DNA of 64,000 nucleotides from Candidatus Krumholzibacteriota bacterium (GTDB taxonomy: Bacteria > Krumholzibacteriota > Krumholzibacteriia > JAJRXK01): NCBI GenBank assembly GCA_024276305.1, contig JAJRXK010000058.1, positions 104,692 to 168,691 on the forward strand. Reading direction: 5' to 3'. The number at the start of each line of letters is the position of its first letter. The stretch's first letter is position 1. The notes beneath the pieces were generated by a model that saw nothing but the letters and a program-made list of their open reading frames with translations, did no database searches and was not told the origin of the DNA. Below, piece after piece: positions 1-9,713 of the stretch. A program made the translations under genes and the position numbers.

Positions 1-528
1 CAGACCGAGCGGGATCTCGTAGCTGATCACCTGTGCCGCCCCACGCATCGCGCCGTAGAGGGACCACTTGTTGTTGCTCCCCCATCCCGCCGCGATGACT
101 CCCATCACCACCAAACTGCTGGTGGCGAAGGCGTAGAAGAGTCCAATGTCGAGACTCGCGCCCACGAAATCGGGTCCGAAGGGCAAGACCACGAAACTCA
201 GGAACGCTCCGGTGAATACCAAAAGGGGCGCGATTCGAAACAGGAATTTGTCGGCGTCGGTGGGCCAGATGTCTTCTTTCAGCAGGAGCTTCACTCCGTC
301 CGCGATGGACTGCAGGACCCCGTGGAAGTGTCCCACATACATCGGGCCATAGCGGGACTGGATGTATCCGGCCACCTTGCGCTCGGTCCAGATGAAGAAC
401 ATCGCGCCCACCGCGACTCCGCCCAGGATCGTCCCCCCCGCGAACAACATCGCCAGGCCGGAGAGAGCCCAGGGTTGCATTCCCTGCGCCCAACCCGCCT
501 GCGACAGCATCTGTTGGAAGGCTTCCAC
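1..528 (-). CDS. nuoH: NADH-quinone oxidoreductase subunit H (5' part; runs off the window edge)
   Basis: My translation of the minus strand gives ERKVAGYIQSRYGP, DGVKLLLKED and GWGSNNKWSLYGAMRGAAQVISYEIPLGL. GTG start at 528 follows an AGAGG RBS, 25 bp after the nuoD stop. Missing from the ORF track because it is truncated. Confidence 0.93.
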   Translation of the reverse strand, partial: MEAFQQMLSQAGWAQGMQPWALSGLAMLFAGGTILGGVAVGAMFFIWTERKVAGYIQSRYGPMYVGHFHGVLQSIADGVKLLLKEDIWPTDADKFLFRIAPLLVFTGAFLSFVVLPFGPDFVGASLDIGLFYAFATSSLVVMGVIAAGWGSNNKWSLYGAMRGAAQVISYEIPLGL

Positions 529-553
529 GGTTAACGCTTCCTCTTTCTCGACC

Positions 554-1741
554 TCAACGGTCGATTTCTCCGAGCACCAGATCCAACGACCCCACAGTGG
601 CCACCAGATCGCTGATCATCTGACCAGCCCCCACCTCTTCGATGACGTGCAAATTGTGGAAAGCCGGACTGCGGACCTTGCACCGGAATGGGACATCTCC
701 CCCATCGCTCAAGATGTAGAATCCGAGTTCGCCCTTGGGGCACTCACTGCGAAAGAAGACTTCACTGTTGGGGATCTTCAACCGCCGCGGCATCTCCGCC
801 ATGATCTCACCTTCGCGCGGCATCTGCTGCAAAGCCTGCTCCACGATTGCGAGAGATTGCTCCATCTCGAGCATGCGCACCCAATAGCGATCCCAGCAGT
901 CTCCCACCGTCCCCATGTCTCCGCCGCCCACGGGAATCTCGAAATCGAAGCGGTCGTAGATCGAGTAACCTTGATCCTTTCTCAGATCCCACTTCACTCC
1001 CGCACCCCGCAGCACCGGCCCCGTACAGCCGTAGGCCACTGCTAGGTCTTCATCAATCACACCCACGTTCGCAGTGCGCTCGACGAAGATCTTGTTCGTG
1101 GTCAACAACTCGTTGTACTCGCGCAGCTTGTCGGGAAAGAGCTTCACGAAGAGTTCGATCTCTTCCAGCGCATCGGGTGGGATGTCCCACTTGACCCCAC
1201 CCACAACGTAGTAGCTGTACATCAGACGGGCGCCGCAGACCTTCTCGAAGATGTTCAGGATCGCTTCGCGCTCGCGAAGCGCGTGGAAGAAGGGGGTCAT
1301 AGCTCCGATATCGAGGCCGTAGGTTCCAAATGCAATGAGATGGCTCGCGATGCGATTGAGCTCGGCGATGATCACTCGAACGTACTCGGCGTATTCGGGG
1401 ATCTCGACGCCCATCCCGTTGATCTCCATGAGCTTCTCCACCGCCATGCAATAGCCCCAATTGCTGTTCATGGCGGAGAGATAGTCCATGCGATCGGTGT
1501 ATACGATGTATTGGTGGTAGGTATTGCCTTCGGCCTTCTTCTCGGCGCAGCGATGCAAGTATCCAATGTACGGAGTCACCGAGTGCACGACTTCGCCATC
1601 GGTGGTGATGAACAGGCGCAACACCCCGTGGGTCGACGGGTGCTGAGGCCCCATGTTGATGTGCAGGAGCTCGCTCTTCATGGTCCGTGCACGGTCCCCG
1701 GGACGCGATGCCGGAGCGTGTTGCAACTTCGGGAGAATCAT
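554..1741 (-). CDS. nuoD: NADH-quinone oxidoreductase subunit D
   Basis: NMGPQHPSTHGVLRL, IGYLHR, DRMDY, RIASHL, ECPKGE, C-terminal GEIDR. ATG at 1741 overlaps the nuoC stop (ATGA) and has a GGAGG RBS. Confidence 0.96.
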   Translation of the reverse strand: MILPKLQHAPASRPGDRARTMKSELLHINMGPQHPSTHGVLRLFITTDGEVVHSVTPYIGYLHRCAEKKAEGNTYHQYIVYTDRMDYLSAMNSNWGYCMAVEKLMEINGMGVEIPEYAEYVRVIIAELNRIASHLIAFGTYGLDIGAMTPFFHALREREAILNIFEKVCGARLMYSYYVVGGVKWDIPPDALEEIELFVKLFPDKLREYNELLTTNKIFVERTANVGVIDEDLAVAYGCTGPVLRGAGVKWDLRKDQGYSIYDRFDFEIPVGGGDMGTVGDCWDRYWVRMLEMEQSLAIVEQALQQMPREGEIMAEMPRRLKIPNSEVFFRSECPKGELGFYILSDGGDVPFRCKVRSPAFHNLHVIEEVGAGQMISDLVATVGSLDLVLGEIDR

Positions 1742-2361
1742 TCCTTTTCCTCCCGAACTTCGCGAGGAGATGTCCGCACTGCCAATGGCGCGCCTTCGAG
1801 AGGTACGTCGTGATAGCGTGAGGGCATCGCATAGTCCTTGCGCAGTGGGAAGCCTTCCCAATCCTCGGGAAGGAGGATGCGACGCAGATCCGGATGGCCT
1901 TCGAATTCGATGCCGTACATGTCGTAGGTTTCGCGCTCGGCCCAGAGCGCGGTGGGCCACACCTGCCCCACCGAAGGAACCTTGGGCTCGGTCCGGCGGA
2001 CCCTCGCCGCGATCGCGACCTCTCCACCGTGCGCCCGGCTGTGGAGGTGATAGACCACCGCTAGATCTCCACTGCCCGGTTTGGTGGGAGTAGGAGATCC
2101 ATCCTCCTCGTAGCGAGAGATCTCGATGTGCTTGCCCTTGCCGCTCTCGTCATAACCTTCGTAGTCGATCCCACTGACGCAGAGCAAACGATCGAATCCT
2201 TGGGAGTCTCGGAGATAACGACAGACTTCTTCCAGCGCATCGACGGCAACATCGATGCGCCGCGGCCAGGCGGTGTCCCTGCCCTCTTCGACGGCACTCG
2301 ACGACAGGATTCGGTCGCCGAACACCTCTCTCAGTCCTGCCTCCACCTCTGCCGGTGTCAT
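1738..2361 (-). CDS. nuoC: NADH-quinone oxidoreductase subunit C
   Basis: WAERETYDMYGIEFEGHPDLRRILLPEDWEGFPLRKDY signature; lies between nuoB and nuoD. Confidence 0.94.
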   Translation of the reverse strand: MTPAEVEAGLREVFGDRILSSSAVEEGRDTAWPRRIDVAVDALEEVCRYLRDSQGFDRLLCVSGIDYEGYDESGKGKHIEISRYEEDGSPTPTKPGSGDLAVVYHLHSRAHGGEVAIAARVRRTEPKVPSVGQVWPTALWAERETYDMYGIEFEGHPDLRRILLPEDWEGFPLRKDYAMPSRYHDVPLEGAPLAVRTSPREVREEKE

Positions 2362-2396
2362 ACGCTCATCTCCATGGTCGTAGCGCCCATCTACCC

Positions 2397-3038
2397 TCAG
2401 TCCGGGATCCGGGTGATGTAGTCGTCGATCCATTTGGGGCGCACCAGGCGACCCTTCTTGCCGCGAATCTTGTCCTGAAGACGCATGAGTCCCTCGAGCA
2501 GGACCTCGGGGCGCGGCGGACAACCCGGTACGTAGACGTCCACGGGGATCATCATGTCGACCCCCTTCACCACGTGATAGCCATGCTTGAAATAGGGACC
2601 TCCGCCGATGGCGCAGCTCCCCATGGCGATGACCCACTTAGGATCGGGCATCTGGTCGTAGAGTCGCTTGACCCGAGTGGCCATTTTTGCGGTGACCGTG
2701 CCCGAGACGATCATGAGATCGGACTGGCGGGGAGTGGCTCGCATCGCGCCGGCCCCGAAGCGGTCCAAGTCGTAGCGTGTCCCCGCCGCCGACATCATCT
2801 CGATGGCGCAACAGGCGAGACCGAAGGTCATGGGCCAGATGCTCGAGAGCTGCGCCCACCGGAAAAGAGACTGCACCTGCGCGAGAATCACGAGATCGCT
2901 GCCCGGCTGGACCACGCTGGCCAGATCCTCATCGGTGCCGAAGCTCAGGAGCTGCTCGCGATCTCCACCGATGTGATCGCCCACCGCATTGAACGCCTCT
3001 TCGGGATTGCGCCGGGGCCCTCGGGTCTCAGCCGCCAT
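2397..3038 (-). CDS. nuoB: NADH-quinone oxidoreductase subunit B
   Basis: [29 protein letters not shown] and [10 protein letters not shown] (N2 cluster ligands). Confidence 0.97.
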   Translation of the reverse strand: MAAETRGPRRNPEEAFNAVGDHIGGDREQLLSFGTDEDLASVVQPGSDLVILAQVQSLFRWAQLSSIWPMTFGLACCAIEMMSAAGTRYDLDRFGAGAMRATPRQSDLMIVSGTVTAKMATRVKRLYDQMPDPKWVIAMGSCAIGGGPYFKHGYHVVKGVDMMIPVDVYVPGCPPRPEVLLEGLMRLQDKIRGKKGRLVRPKWIDDYITRIPD

Positions 3039-3507
3039 GTTCGCTCACCTTCACCCTTCCGTGAGGGGCCGCGTCCTTGGAAGTCAGGACGGAGAGGGGA
3101 CGAACCTCTCGGAGATCGCGGGACTGGAGGCCCTTGACCCATTCGAGGTCCCCCTTGGACCAGACGTAGGCCAGACCCAGAGCCAGAATCGTGATGAAGA
3201 AAGCCATTTCCCAGAAGGCGAAGGCCCCCAAGGTCTTCAGCATGTCGTTGAAGGCGACGGCCCAGGGCAGCATGAAGATGATTTCGACGTCGAAGACGAT
3301 GAAGAACAGGGCGATGAGGTAGAAGCGGACGTTGAATTGGATCCAGGGGCTTCCCTCGGCGTCCTCACCGCACTCATAGACCGTCTGCTTGGCCGGATGG
3401 AGGTTGTGAGGCCGAATGAGGTGCGAAATGACCTGGGAGACCACCACGAAGCCCAGCCCCAGGCAGAGAAAGACGAAGACGGTCGCGAATTGGATCAGCA
3501 CCTTCAT
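3028..3507 (-). CDS. nuoA: NADH-quinone oxidoreductase subunit A
   Basis: [28 protein letters not shown]; three hydrophobic segments. Confidence 0.96.
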   Translation of the reverse strand: MKVLIQFATVFVFLCLGLGFVVVSQVISHLIRPHNLHPAKQTVYECGEDAEGSPWIQFNVRFYLIALFFIVFDVEIIFMLPWAVAFNDMLKTLGAFAFWEMAFFITILALGLAYVWSKGDLEWVKGLQSRDLREVRPLSVLTSKDAAPHGRVKVSEHGG

Positions 3508-3599
3508 ACTCCCTGTGGGGGCCCGGAGGCGAGCGACGCGCCCACCCTACGGTGGAAACTGGAAGCTGTCACCATCCGAAGCACTTCGCCATATAGCAG

Positions 3600-3640
3600 T
3601 TGTGAGTACAACTTGGTTAGTTTTATAATTGTCGAAGTAT
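3600..3640 (+). promoter_or_regulatory. Putative sigma70 promoter / operator of the ArsR-rlmH unit
   Basis: AT-rich patch in the divergent nuoA/ArsR gap, with TTGTGA (3600-3605) and a perfect TATAAT (3624-3629). Confidence 0.45.
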
Positions 3641-3693
3641 CAGTGTTCTCACCGACGAGACGACCGCCCCTGCGAGAGCCCTCCGGAGCTACC

Positions 3694-4281
3694 ATGACCG
3701 CTTCTTCCGAAGATTTCTGCGAGCTGTGGACCGACCGATTCCGCGCCCTGGGCGATGGCAGCCGCCTGAAGATCTTCGCCCTGTTGGTGCGGCGGCCCCA
3801 CTTCGGCGAGGAGCTCGCCCAGGCCCTCGGGCTCAGCCCAGCCACGATCACCCACCACATCCGAACCCTGAAGGCCGCCCGCCTCGTGCGCTCCGACCGC
3901 CAGGGTCGCTATGTCCTCCACCGAATCCGCTCCGGGCAGATCGAGGAATGGTCCCAGTTCTGGGCGCAGACCTCCACCCTCGCCGACCGCCTGGACCTGC
4001 CCGGAGAAGAGCAGATCTCCGAAGTCGTCCTGCGCCGCTACCTCGATCGCGACGGCCTTCTCACCCAGATTCCCTTCGCCCACCGGCCGCGCGATGTGGT
4101 GCTCCGCTGGGCAGCAAGTCATCTGGATATGGACCGTCTCTATCCTGACCGCGAGCTGCGCTTCGAATTGATGAGGCTCGCCCGTCAGCCGGAAACCCTC
4201 CGGGAAGCGCTGCTGCGGGAAGGGTGGGTGGCCCAGTCCGGGGCCGCCTATCGCCGAGTGGACCGGGAGGAGGAACAGTGA
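3694..4281 (+). CDS. ArsR/SmtB-family regulator with C-terminal DUF2087-like domain
   Basis: FRALGDGSRLKIF...ELAQALGLSPATITHHIRTLKAARLV winged HTH; the C-terminal 'DRDGLLTQIP...R..VL...Y.DREL...LREALLREG' pattern resembles DUF2087. Confidence 0.8.
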   Translation: MTASSEDFCELWTDRFRALGDGSRLKIFALLVRRPHFGEELAQALGLSPATITHHIRTLKAARLVRSDRQGRYVLHRIRSGQIEEWSQFWAQTSTLADRLDLPGEEQISEVVLRRYLDRDGLLTQIPFAHRPRDVVLRWAASHLDMDRLYPDRELRFELMRLARQPETLREALLREGWVAQSGAAYRRVDREEEQ

Positions 4282-4697
4282 TCCGTATCTTTCCCATCGG
4301 TCGCCTCCGCCTGGGCTGGGCCCAGACCGCCTGCGCGGATTACGAGAGGCGATTGCGCCGTTTCGGGGGGGTGGAGATCCTCGAGATCCCGGACTCTCGT
4401 CCCGAAGGGGAGGCCAAGGCCCTGCGCCGCAGCCTCCGCGGCAGCCCCGTCGTCGCCTGTGACCTTCGGGGAGAGCCTTGGTCCAGTGAGGCCTTTGCCC
4501 GCTTCCTGGGAGAACACGGCAGCCCCTCCTTTCTCCTGGGAGGGCCGGAAGGACTCGATCCTTCGGTTCTGTCCGACGCGGACCATCGCTGCAGCTTTGG
4601 CCCGGTCACCCTTCCCCATGAACTCGCGAGGGTCGTGTTGCTCGAGCAGATCTACCGAGGATGCACCATCCTCAGGGGCCATCCCTACCACCGTTGA
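4278..4697 (+). CDS. rlmH: 23S rRNA (pseudouridine1915-N3)-methyltransferase
   Basis: SPOUT motifs FLLGGPEGL and TLPHELARVVLLEQIYRGCTILRGHPYHR; GTG start overlaps the upstream stop (GTGA). Confidence 0.93.
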   Translation: MIRIFPIGRLRLGWAQTACADYERRLRRFGGVEILEIPDSRPEGEAKALRRSLRGSPVVACDLRGEPWSSEAFARFLGEHGSPSFLLGGPEGLDPSVLSDADHRCSFGPVTLPHELARVVLLEQIYRGCTILRGHPYHR

Positions 4698-4726
4698 CCG
4701 GGTGCCCCCATGGACTCCGCCTCCGC

Positions 4727-4881
4727 TTTTCCCCAACTCGGCCCTTGGGGAAAAGTAGGGCAAGAATCGCTACCCATCGAGTGAAACTGTTGTGGTTCAA
4801 TAATTTGGAATTGTCCTCGGGGCTGGGGAAAAGTCCCCTGCTTATCCCCACCCCCCAGGATGTGGGGAGCTGATGTCCCCA
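4727..4881. promoter_or_regulatory. Cluster of DnaA-box-like 9-mers (TTWTCCCCA) around a short AT-rich stretch
   Basis: TTTTCCCCA 4727-4735 (+), TGGGGAAAA 4746-4754 and 4824-4832 (-), TTATCCCCA 4842-4850 (+), ATGTCCCCA 4873-4881 (+); AT-rich TTCAATAATTTGGAATTGT at about 4796-4814. Confidence 0.4.
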
Positions 4882-4890
4882 CCCTACTCT

Positions 4891-4922
4891 CCCTTGGGTC
4901 GGCCCTTGGGTCGGCCCTTGGG
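4891..4922. repeat. 12-bp tandem repeat CCCTTGGGTCGG, about 2.7 copies
   Basis: Read directly: cccttgggtcgg cccttgggtcgg cccttggg; another TCGGCCCTTGGG lies at 4738-4749. Confidence 0.8.
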
Positions 4923-4934
4923 CACCGCTCGGCA

Positions 4935-5234
4935 TCACTCGCTGAGTTCCCGCAGCATTTCCCAGGAGTAGATCCCGGTGGCGTGGCCATCTCCCCATCC
5001 GATGGCCACCGCGTATTGGCCCACCATCTCGAGGGAAAGGACCTCGAAACTGGTGGCATTGTAGACGGGGGGGGCCGCCGGGCGCCGAATGGCCCCGGTC
5101 ACATCCGGCTCCCCCGCGCAATGCGCACACTGGCAGTGGCGGCGGAGTCGTTCGAGGTCGACCACGGTCTCCCGGCCATCCGTCCACTTGAGGGCCAGAA
5201 ACTCGCCCACCACCTCCATGCGTTCCGGTCTCAT
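4935..5234 (-). CDS. DUF971 / GBBH-like N-terminal metal-binding protein (99 aa)
   Basis: W.DG...LRRHCQCAHC...VGQYAVAIGWGDGHATGIYSWEML; GAGGGGAG RBS before ATG 5234. Confidence 0.85.
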   Translation of the reverse strand: MRPERMEVVGEFLALKWTDGRETVVDLERLRRHCQCAHCAGEPDVTGAIRRPAAPPVYNATSFEVLSLEMVGQYAVAIGWGDGHATGIYSWEMLRELSE

Positions 5235-5474
5235 CGCCTTCTCCCCTCGCCGCCGGGCCATCGCCCTCGAGGTGCTGATGGTCTGTTCCTTGCAGAAAAA
5301 AAGCGTCACTCTGCGGAGCCCACGCCCTCTCCCGGTGCCTCGTCTCCACCACGATGCCCCTGAGGGAATGAAGAGGAGCGACCGGGAACCGCAAGGTGCT
5401 TTCCGAGGGGACGGGGATCGGACCTGCGTCCCAGTGGACTTCGCAAAACGCATCTCTCGCCCCGAACACGCACC

Positions 5475-7178
5475 ATGATCCATCCCTCGGCTCCTCCCCC
5501 AACCTCGCCCTCGAAGCACCCGGCCCGAGCCGGGATCCGCCACCTTTCCTCTTGGGCCCTGTGGATTCCCCTGCTCACCTTGCTGAGCGGGTGCTACGAC
5601 CGTCGACCGGCCGAGTCGCCGGAGGAGCACCGGGCGGAGGCCCTGCGCGGAGGCGCCTTCCAATTCACCCAGGTGGCGCCCACCAGCCTCGACCCCGCCA
5701 AGATGACCGACACCTACCAGGCCTCGGTGTTGAATCAGATCTACGAGGGGCTCATCGGTACCGACTCGAATTTCAACATCCGGCCCGGGGTCGCCGAGTC
5801 CTGGCACATTTCCCGGGATGGCCTCACCTACACCTTCCGACTGAAAGAGGGAGTACGTTTTCACGACGGCGCCGAGGTCCAAGCTTCCGATGTGGTCTAC
5901 TCTCTGAGCCGAGTGTTCCGCATTCCCGAAGACCAGAGCTATCTGGCCCGGGAATACCTCGGTCTCATCGCGGGCACCGCCGAATACGCTCGCGGCGACA
6001 CCGATTCGGTCAGCGGTCTCCAGGCCCTCGGACCCTATGACGTGCGGATCACTCTCGAGCATCCCTCCGCGTCCTTCCTGGCCGTCCTCGCCAGCGAATC
6101 GGCTCGCATCGTTCCCGAGCACTATGTCCGCAGCCAGGGCCAGGACGTCCTCGATCATCGCCCCGTCGGATGCGGACCCTTCGTGCTCAAGTCCTGGATT
6201 CCTGGAGAGTCGATCGTCCTGGAGCGCTTCGCCGACTACCATCTGGGTGCCCTCGCCTACCTCGACTCCCTGGTCTATCACATCCCGTCGAACAACATTC
6301 GCAAGCAAGCGCTGAAGAACTTTCTGAGTGGGGTGGACAATGCCATCGAGCTGACCACCGGACGCCTCGACGCGGTGGAACACCTTCCCGACGTCGAGAT
6401 CTTCCGACGCCAGGAATTGAGCCTGACCTTCCTCGGGTTCAACATGAACGAGCCGCCCTTCGACCGCCTCGAAGTGAGACGGGCCTTCGCCAACGCGATC
6501 AACCTCGATGCCCTTCCCAGCTTGCGTCAGGGCGTACGGGTCAAGCCCAACGGACTCCTGCCCCCCGGCTTCCCCGGCTACACTCCCGACCCCAAGATGC
6601 CGGTCTTCAATCCGACTCTCTCGCGAAGTCTGTTGGAAGAAGCGGGTTATCCCGATGGGCAGGGATTGCCGCCCATCACCCACGGCTTTGCCGACCCCTC
6701 GGACGCGGACATTTCGCTCATCGAGGGCATCGCGGCCCAGGTTGCGCGGGTCGGATTCGATCTCCAATGGCAAGCCACGAGCTGGGACGAATTCGACCGC
6801 AACCTCCGGGAAGGCGTCTTCCAGACCTTTTCGCTCACCTGGGTCGCCGATATGCCGGACCCCGACTCCTTCTTCTACCCTCTCTTCCATTCCGCCGGGT
6901 CCGTGAACTACACCGGCTATCACTCTCCCGCCGTCGACGCCCTTCTGGAAGCGGGCCGGCGTGGGAACACGGACGGACCGCGAATTGCTTCCTATCGGAA
7001 GGTGGAACGCCTTCTCCTGATGGATCTGCCGGTCTTTCCTCTGAACCACTCGCTCGCAGTGATCGCGGTGCGAGCCAACGTGCAGGACTTCCAGATGACT
7101 CCCATGGGATTCGGAAACCTCCCCCTCGAAAAGGTCTGGCTCTCCCGAGTCGAGCGCGCGGGAGATCTCGCACGATGA
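5475..7178 (+). CDS. ABC-type peptide/nickel solute-binding lipoprotein (OppA/DppA family 5)
   Basis: Lipobox LLSGC, SLDP, IYEGL, AESWHISRDGLTYTFRLKEGVRFHDG, PVGCGPF, VRRAFANAIN, W.AD.PDPDSF. Start codon uncertain. Confidence 0.9.
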   Translation: MIHPSAPPPTSPSKHPARAGIRHLSSWALWIPLLTLLSGCYDRRPAESPEEHRAEALRGGAFQFTQVAPTSLDPAKMTDTYQASVLNQIYEGLIGTDSNFNIRPGVAESWHISRDGLTYTFRLKEGVRFHDGAEVQASDVVYSLSRVFRIPEDQSYLAREYLGLIAGTAEYARGDTDSVSGLQALGPYDVRITLEHPSASFLAVLASESARIVPEHYVRSQGQDVLDHRPVGCGPFVLKSWIPGESIVLERFADYHLGALAYLDSLVYHIPSNNIRKQALKNFLSGVDNAIELTTGRLDAVEHLPDVEIFRRQELSLTFLGFNMNEPPFDRLEVRRAFANAINLDALPSLRQGVRVKPNGLLPPGFPGYTPDPKMPVFNPTLSRSLLEEAGYPDGQGLPPITHGFADPSDADISLIEGIAAQVARVGFDLQWQATSWDEFDRNLREGVFQTFSLTWVADMPDPDSFFYPLFHSAGSVNYTGYHSPAVDALLEAGRRGNTDGPRIASYRKVERLLLMDLPVFPLNHSLAVIAVRANVQDFQMTPMGFGNLPLEKVWLSRVERAGDLAR

Positions 7179-9283
7179 TCGGCTCCATTCGCCTCCCCCA
7201 CCTCGGACGATGGCGCGCGCGGATGACCATCCAGACCCGCTTCATGTTCTATTTCGGAAGTGTTGTGGTTCTGCTGATGGCGGGAGTCATCCTCCTCGCG
7301 GGACATCGCCAATTCCGAACCGCAATGCAACAGACCGAATTGCGCGGCTTCGTGATGGCTCACTCCCTCGCCGGCCTCGTCTCCAATGCACTGCTCAACT
7401 ATGACTATCGCTCCCTGCAGGAAGCGGCCGACGAAATCCAGGAGGAGACGGGCGCGGCCTACGTGATCATCCTCGACAAGGAAAACACCGTCGCCGGCTA
7501 TAGTGGCCGACCCGACCTCCAGGGACGGTGGCTCACCGATCCCACCAGTCTCGAGGCCACCGACATCACCGCCCCCATGGTGCAAATGCACAGTGGCCTC
7601 TCGCAGGATTCTCACCTCGAGAACGGGAACAACATTCTCGAAGTCGCGGTCCCGGTGATGGTCACCGGTAGCGATGTGAGCTGGGGCACGGTTCGCGTGG
7701 GGCTTTCGCTCGCCACCATGTACGCAGACCTCAACCAAACCCAACGTGACCTCGCTCTCATCGGATTCCTGGCGGTGGTCGTGGTTCTGATTTCCGCCCG
7801 CTTCTTCAGCAGTCGCATCACCGTCCCCTTGAGAGAGTTGGCCGAAGCGGCGCAGCTCGTGGCCAGCGGGAAGCTCGACCATACGGTGAGTGAAGACATG
7901 GTCGGCGAACTCGGAGCGGTGGCGCAGAGCTTCAACAAGATGACCGGCGATCTGCGCCGAGGTCGTGACGCCATTCGCTACCAGAACCAGCACCTCGAGA
8001 ACATGGTGCAAGAACGCACCGCCGCCCTGAGAGACAAGGCCCGGGAACTCGAACGTGCCAACGAAGAATTGAAAGTTGTCGACCGTCTCAAGAGCGACTT
8101 CCTGAGCAACGTCAGCCACGAGCTCCGAACGCCGCTGACCTCGATCCGCAGCTTCACCGAGATCCTTCTCGACTCCGACTCGCAGATCGAGCCCGATGAG
8201 CGGCGAGAGTTTCTGGAAATCGTGGCCAGTCAGACGGATCGCCTGACCCGGCTCATCAGTGATCTCCTCGACCTCTCCAAGATCGAAGCGGGGGAGCTCC
8301 GCTGTTCCATGGATCGCGTCCTCATGGGAGAGATGGTCCTCCAGCCCGCGATCGAGTCCATTCGGGCCATTGCGGCGGAATCGGATGTCTTGCTGGAAAC
8401 GAATATCCCTCGAGACCTCGACGCCGGACTCGGCGACCCGGATCGCCTCGAGCAGGTGGTCATCAACCTCCTCAGCAATGCCATCAAGTTCACGCCTGCG
8501 GGCGGGAAGGTGAGTGTCCACGCCTGGAAGAGTTCCTCTCGGGTCCCGACCGAGACCGTCTCCGATGCCTTCTACGGGATGATCAGTGACACTCCGGAAT
8601 CCGGGGAGTACGTCATCGTCGAAGTCCACGACACCGGGGTCGGCATCGCTGCCTCGGACCAGGAGCTGATCTTCGAGAAGTTCGGCCAAGTGGGGAATGT
8701 CCTCACCAACAAACCTCAGGGAACCGGACTGGGACTGACGATCTCCGCCAGCATCATGGTGCAGCACGGGGGGGCCATCTGGGTCCGGAGCGCACCCGGG
8801 GAGGGCTCGAGCTTCTATCTGAGCGTGCCGGTCGCGATGGAGAACCCCGGTCAGGAGACGGACCAGTCTCCAACCCTCGCTCAACCCACGGGCATCGACG
8901 AATTGGTGAGTGCGGTGCTCGAAGTGGCCGAAGGCCGTCGGGTCCTCGTGGTCCACGACGAAGAGGCCGCCGTGCAGGCGGTCACCCGAGCCCTCGAACC
9001 CCACGGGTTCCGGGCCGTGGGATGCACCCAAATCGACCGCGTGGTGGAACAAGTCCGAAATCTGGGCACCCACGCCGTGATTCTTGATCTGACGATGAGG
9101 AATGGAAGAGGATACGACACTCTGCGCATGCTCAAGGCCGACATCTCCACTGCCGACATACCGGTGGTGGTCATCGGTCCTGATAGTGAGGCCCAGAGTG
9201 CCCGCAATCTGGGAGCGACCACCTTGGTCGCAAAGCGCCCCCCAGAAGAGAGCGATGCCAGCCAACTCGAGCCGGTCGCATGA
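7175..9283 (+). CDS. Membrane hybrid sensor histidine kinase (2 TM, HAMP, HisKA, HATPase, atypical REC)
   Basis: FLSNVSHELRTPL, NLLSNAIKFT, DTGVGI, GTGLGL; C-terminal receiver-like domain; ATGA overlap with the SBP stop. Confidence 0.92.
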   Translation: MIGSIRLPHLGRWRARMTIQTRFMFYFGSVVVLLMAGVILLAGHRQFRTAMQQTELRGFVMAHSLAGLVSNALLNYDYRSLQEAADEIQEETGAAYVIILDKENTVAGYSGRPDLQGRWLTDPTSLEATDITAPMVQMHSGLSQDSHLENGNNILEVAVPVMVTGSDVSWGTVRVGLSLATMYADLNQTQRDLALIGFLAVVVVLISARFFSSRITVPLRELAEAAQLVASGKLDHTVSEDMVGELGAVAQSFNKMTGDLRRGRDAIRYQNQHLENMVQERTAALRDKARELERANEELKVVDRLKSDFLSNVSHELRTPLTSIRSFTEILLDSDSQIEPDERREFLEIVASQTDRLTRLISDLLDLSKIEAGELRCSMDRVLMGEMVLQPAIESIRAIAAESDVLLETNIPRDLDAGLGDPDRLEQVVINLLSNAIKFTPAGGKVSVHAWKSSSRVPTETVSDAFYGMISDTPESGEYVIVEVHDTGVGIAASDQELIFEKFGQVGNVLTNKPQGTGLGLTISASIMVQHGGAIWVRSAPGEGSSFYLSVPVAMENPGQETDQSPTLAQPTGIDELVSAVLEVAEGRRVLVVHDEEAAVQAVTRALEPHGFRAVGCTQIDRVVEQVRNLGTHAVILDLTMRNGRGYDTLRMLKADISTADIPVVVIGPDSEAQSARNLGATTLVAKRPPEESDASQLEPVA

Positions 9284-9308
9284 GTCCGAGGATGGGATTG
9301 GATCCAGC

Positions 9309-9704
<396 letters not shown>

Positions 9705-9713
9705 ACGGCGAGG

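Noticed and set aside
4891-4922. CRISPR-like repeat
   Set aside because: 12-bp tandem units with no spacers, and no cas genes in the window.
4680-4934. Integrated element at the rlmH 3' end (SCCmec-style attB)
   Set aside because: No recombinase, no direct repeat of the rlmH end and no foreign cargo follows.
5235-7049. N-terminal ~600 aa of the 704-aa ORF 4935..7049
   Set aside because: Antisense to the SBP gene. Only the last 99 aa (DUF971-like, with its own RBS) look real, so this is not a fusion.
6170-7174. Apparent N-terminal extension of the kinase, or a frameshifted SBP-kinase fusion
   Set aside because: Arg/Pro-rich off-frame read of the SBP. The kinase has its own ATG at 7175 in a standard ATGA overlap, and I see no slippery site.
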